A stretch of DNA of 32,000 nucleotides from Alkalilimnicola ehrlichii MLHE-1 (GTDB lineage Bacteria > Pseudomonadota > Gammaproteobacteria > Nitrococcales > Halorhodospiraceae). The notes beneath the pieces are model-generated. The model was not told the DNA's origin. It made no database searches and saw nothing but the letters and a program-made list of their open reading frames with translations. Both the position numbers and the translations under genes were made by a program. Of this stretch, positions 29,381 to 32,000 are shown in pieces. The stretch lies in contig NC_008340.1 in NCBI RefSeq assembly GCF_000014785.1, positions 3,210,001-3,242,000 of the forward strand, written 5' to 3'. Position 1 is the first letter of the stretch, and each line of letters begins with the position of its first letter.

Positions 29381-30568
29381 TTACAGCTCACCGTAGGAGT
29401 GCAACCCGGACAGGAAGATGTTCACCCCAAGGAAGCAGAAGGTGGTGACCAGCAGACCCAGCAGCGCCCACCAGGCCATCGGGGTGCCCCGCCAGCCCTT
29501 GGTGAAACGCATATGCAGCCAGGCGGCGTAATTGAGCCAGACAATCAGCGACCACGTCTCTTTCGGGTCCCAGCTCCAGTAGCCCCCCCACGCCTCCGCG
29601 GCCCAGAGGGCACCGAGGATGGTGGCGATGGTGAAGAAGGCGAAGCCCAGGGCGATGGACTTGTACATCAGGTCGTCCATCTGATCAAAGCCGGGCAGGC
29701 GTTTGGCCGCGCGGCTGTCGGGATGGGCACGCGCCCGGATCAGGTAGGCAACACCCACCATGGCGGCCACCCCGAAGGCCCCATAGGCGACGAAATTGGT
29801 GGGCACATGGATTTTCATCCACCAGCTCTGCAGCGCCGGCACCAGCGGCTCGATGTGATGCGCCTCCTGGCCAAAGTGGTACCAGAGCAGGAAGCCGATA
29901 CTGGCGGAGACCACCAGCATCACGAAGCCGCCCAGGGCGCCGGTCTGGTAGCGACGCTCGTAGTAGAGGTAGATCAGGGCCGTGGTGAAGGCCAGCAGCA
30001 CGAAGACCTCGTAGAGGTTGCTGACCGGGAAGTAGCCCATGCCCGGGCCGTGGAGGTAGGTCTCCCACCAGCGCACCAGCAGCCCCAGCAGGCCGGCGCC
30101 GGCCCCCAGCCAGGTAAAGGCGGTGGCCACCCGGCCGACAAAGGCCCGGTCGCCGCCGCGGCTGAAGGCCAGATCGGCAAAATAGAGGACCGTGGCGCCC
30201 AGGAAGAAGACGCACATCCACATGATGGCCGCCTGACTGGAGAGCAGGTAGTTGAGCAGGAAGCTCTCCTGCGCGGCGTTCAGATCAGGGTAGATATTGA
30301 CCGCCAGCACCGCCAGCGCGCCGACAATGAGCACGAAGGGCCGGGCCTGCTTCCAGTGCCAGCCCTGGGGGATCAGCCAGGCAACGGTGAGCGCGAGGAT
30401 GATCTCCTCGTAATAATTCATGTGCTCGGCGTACTGCAGGTAGGCAGCCAGCCCACCGCCGACACAGGCCAGTGCCCAGATCCAGTCGAAGGGGGTCAGA
30501 CTGCGCAGATAGGCCCCGCGCTCGTGTTGTTTCAGCTCGTCGGCCAGTTTCTCCCGGGTGGTGGACAT
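29381..30568 (-). CDS. Cytochrome c biogenesis protein, CcsA/ResC-type heme handling (often annotated ccsB)
   Basis: 395 aa multi-TM protein, WGYWSWDPKETWSLIVWLNYAAWLHMR tryptophan-rich WWD-like motif. Confidence 0.92.
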   Translation of the reverse strand: MSTTREKLADELKQHERGAYLRSLTPFDWIWALACVGGGLAAYLQYAEHMNYYEEIILALTVAWLIPQGWHWKQARPFVLIVGALAVLAVNIYPDLNAAQESFLLNYLLSSQAAIMWMCVFFLGATVLYFADLAFSRGGDRAFVGRVATAFTWLGAGAGLLGLLVRWWETYLHGPGMGYFPVSNLYEVFVLLAFTTALIYLYYERRYQTGALGGFVMLVVSASIGFLLWYHFGQEAHHIEPLVPALQSWWMKIHVPTNFVAYGAFGVAAMVGVAYLIRARAHPDSRAAKRLPGFDQMDDLMYKSIALGFAFFTIATILGALWAAEAWGGYWSWDPKETWSLIVWLNYAAWLHMRFTKGWRGTPMAWWALLGLLVTTFCFLGVNIFLSGLHSYGEL

Positions 30569-32000
30569 CAGGTCTTACCCTCCTCGCTGCCCTCGGACGC
30601 CGCCAGTCTCAAGCGCAGGTCCAGTTCGTGCGCCAGCTTATCGAATTCCCGGCCAAAGGCCTTGGGGTCGCGCTGCCCCACCCCGGCCAGCAGGATGCGC
30701 GTCTGACCCTCACGCCCGTCCCGCGTCACCAGCGCCCAGACCCGCCGGTGGGGGATATAGAACATCAGGAACAGCCCCAGCACCAACATGGCACTCCCAA
30801 AATAGACGATCCCGGCACCGGGTGCCCGTCCGATCATCAGCCCTGTCGATTGGATCTGCTCAAACCCGGTAAGTTCCAGGAAGATCGGTGTGCCGTAGGC
30901 TGGGAGGGCCGACAGCGCCGCGAGGGCCTCCTCGTAGAAGAGCCGATCGTCCTCGCTCAATCCGCCCAGATCGCTGACCGATTGCACCCCCTGCTCTCGG
31001 GCCACGGCGTCATGATAGGCATTGGTCAGGGTCCGCTCCAACAGCATGTGGGAAAAGTCCCGGAGCAGCGCCTGCTGTTCCGGGTCGTTGGAGCCGGCCA
31101 TCACCCGGGCCTCTATCCCCTCGCTGACCGCCTCGAACCCCTCCTGCAGGAGCTGGCGAATCATCTGCTCAGCCGACATGGCCATCTGCCCGGCAAGCTG
31201 CCGCGCCTGCTCGCGCTCATCCACCATGCCCAGCTCCAGCAGCACATAGCGGGCGGCCGCGGTAGCGGCCTCCCGACGCGGCTCGGACTGGCGCAAATTG
31301 CCCAGGAAGGTCATGAAGCGGTCCAGGCCGCCGTCCGGCCCTGCCGGGATATGCAGGTAGCGGAACGGCTGATTGGCGGAGGGCCGCATGCCGCTGAGAT
31401 AGTAATGGCGCCCATCAATGGTGATGGGGAGCATGTAGTTCTCGAACTCCAGCGTCCGGCCGTCGCGGGTGCGTAAGGCGTAAGAGAAACTCGGCCCCAC
31501 GTTCCGCTGGCGCCGGCCTGACTCCTGCAGCTCGTCCGGCCGGACATTGGTCAGTTCAAAGTCGCGGAACTGCAGGGTGTACTCCTGCCCCGCGACCCCG
31601 ACCCGCGCCTCGGAGAAGACCCTCGCCTCGAGCTCCTCCGGGGCCTCGGAATCGCCCGCAAGGGGCCAGATCCGCAGATCCAGCCTGGAGCCGCCATCGC
31701 CGAAACTGGCTTGGTAGATGGAGTAACCGCGGTACTCCAGCGGCTCATTGACCCGGATGGTCTCATGGAAGGTCTTATCCCGCTCCGGGTCGATGATCTT
31801 CAGGTCGCTCTCATAGGAGCGCGGCTGCCCGCTCGGATAATGCTGGATTCGGAAGTCCTCCACCACGATGGTGAAGGGCAGCTCCTGCACCACGTAGCCG
31901 TCGCGCAGGGGCAGGAAGGTGACATTGGCGGCGCGGCCCTCGGGAATGCTGGTGGTGCCACGGAAGGAGCCCGGCCGCACCGGCAGTTTCTTGCTGTCGT
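30568..32000 (-). CDS. ResB/Ccs1-like cytochrome c biogenesis protein, partial (5' end outside the window)
   Basis: The frame stays open past the listed start (GTG at 31980): ...DSKKLPVRPGSFRGTTSIPEGRAANVTFLPLRDGY.... C-terminal FYIPHRRVWALVTRDG is typical of ResB. Overlaps the next gene at 30568. Confidence 0.88.
   Translation of the reverse strand, partial: DSKKLPVRPGSFRGTTSIPEGRAANVTFLPLRDGYVVQELPFTIVVEDFRIQHYPSGQPRSYESDLKIIDPERDKTFHETIRVNEPLEYRGYSIYQASFGDGGSRLDLRIWPLAGDSEAPEELEARVFSEARVGVAGQEYTLQFRDFELTNVRPDELQESGRRQRNVGPSFSYALRTRDGRTLEFENYMLPITIDGRHYYLSGMRPSANQPFRYLHIPAGPDGGLDRFMTFLGNLRQSEPRREAATAAARYVLLELGMVDEREQARQLAGQMAMSAEQMIRQLLQEGFEAVSEGIEARVMAGSNDPEQQALLRDFSHMLLERTLTNAYHDAVAREQGVQSVSDLGGLSEDDRLFYEEALAALSALPAYGTPIFLELTGFEQIQSTGLMIGRAPGAGIVYFGSAMLVLGLFLMFYIPHRRVWALVTRDGREGQTRILLAGVGQRDPKAFGREFDKLAHELDLRLRLAASEGSEEGKT

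Noticed and set aside
29027-30706. 559-aa plus-strand ORF
   Set aside because: Antisense to dsbA and the ccsB-type gene, whose membrane and active-site motifs are clear. The ORF has shadow-like composition.

Overview
The window reads as ordinary chromosomal sequence from a GC-rich, chemo- or photoautotrophic gammaproteobacterium. Lineage is inferred from gene content only and looks Ectothiorhodospiraceae-like. The core is a Calvin-Benson-Bassham (CBB) cluster: prkB, rpe and cbbR on the minus strand, divergent from cbbL-cbbS-cbbQ-cbbO-gap-tkt-pgk-pyk-fba on the plus strand. It is flanked by aroE (partial), a PiT-type phosphate transporter with its DUF47 partner, hemB, a MotA/TolQ-like plus OmpA-like gene pair, a YqiA-like hydrolase, a phosphomannomutase/phosphoglucomutase gene, dut, coaBC, an NSS-family transporter, an EEP-family hydrolase, dsbA, and ccsB/resB-type cytochrome c biogenesis genes (resB partial). 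I see no convincing new multi-gene system, and no CRISPR array, prophage, tRNA or rRNA. The signals worth following are non-coding. (1) The gap-tkt intergenic region (about 480 nt) carries a run of about six strong stem-loops plus a 46-codon ORF with a good Shine-Dalgarno sequence. (2) A composite nested palindrome of about 118 bp lies between cbbQ and cbbO. (3) A nested palindrome of about 198 bp lies between the phosphomannomutase gene and dut. (4) A strong hairpin separates cbbS from cbbQ. (5) A CTTATGC-N2-TC motif recurs upstream of cbbL, upstream of gap and between gap and tkt, and is a candidate CbbR or promoter element. All stem-loops were found by eye from complementary arms; no folding energies or database searches were run.
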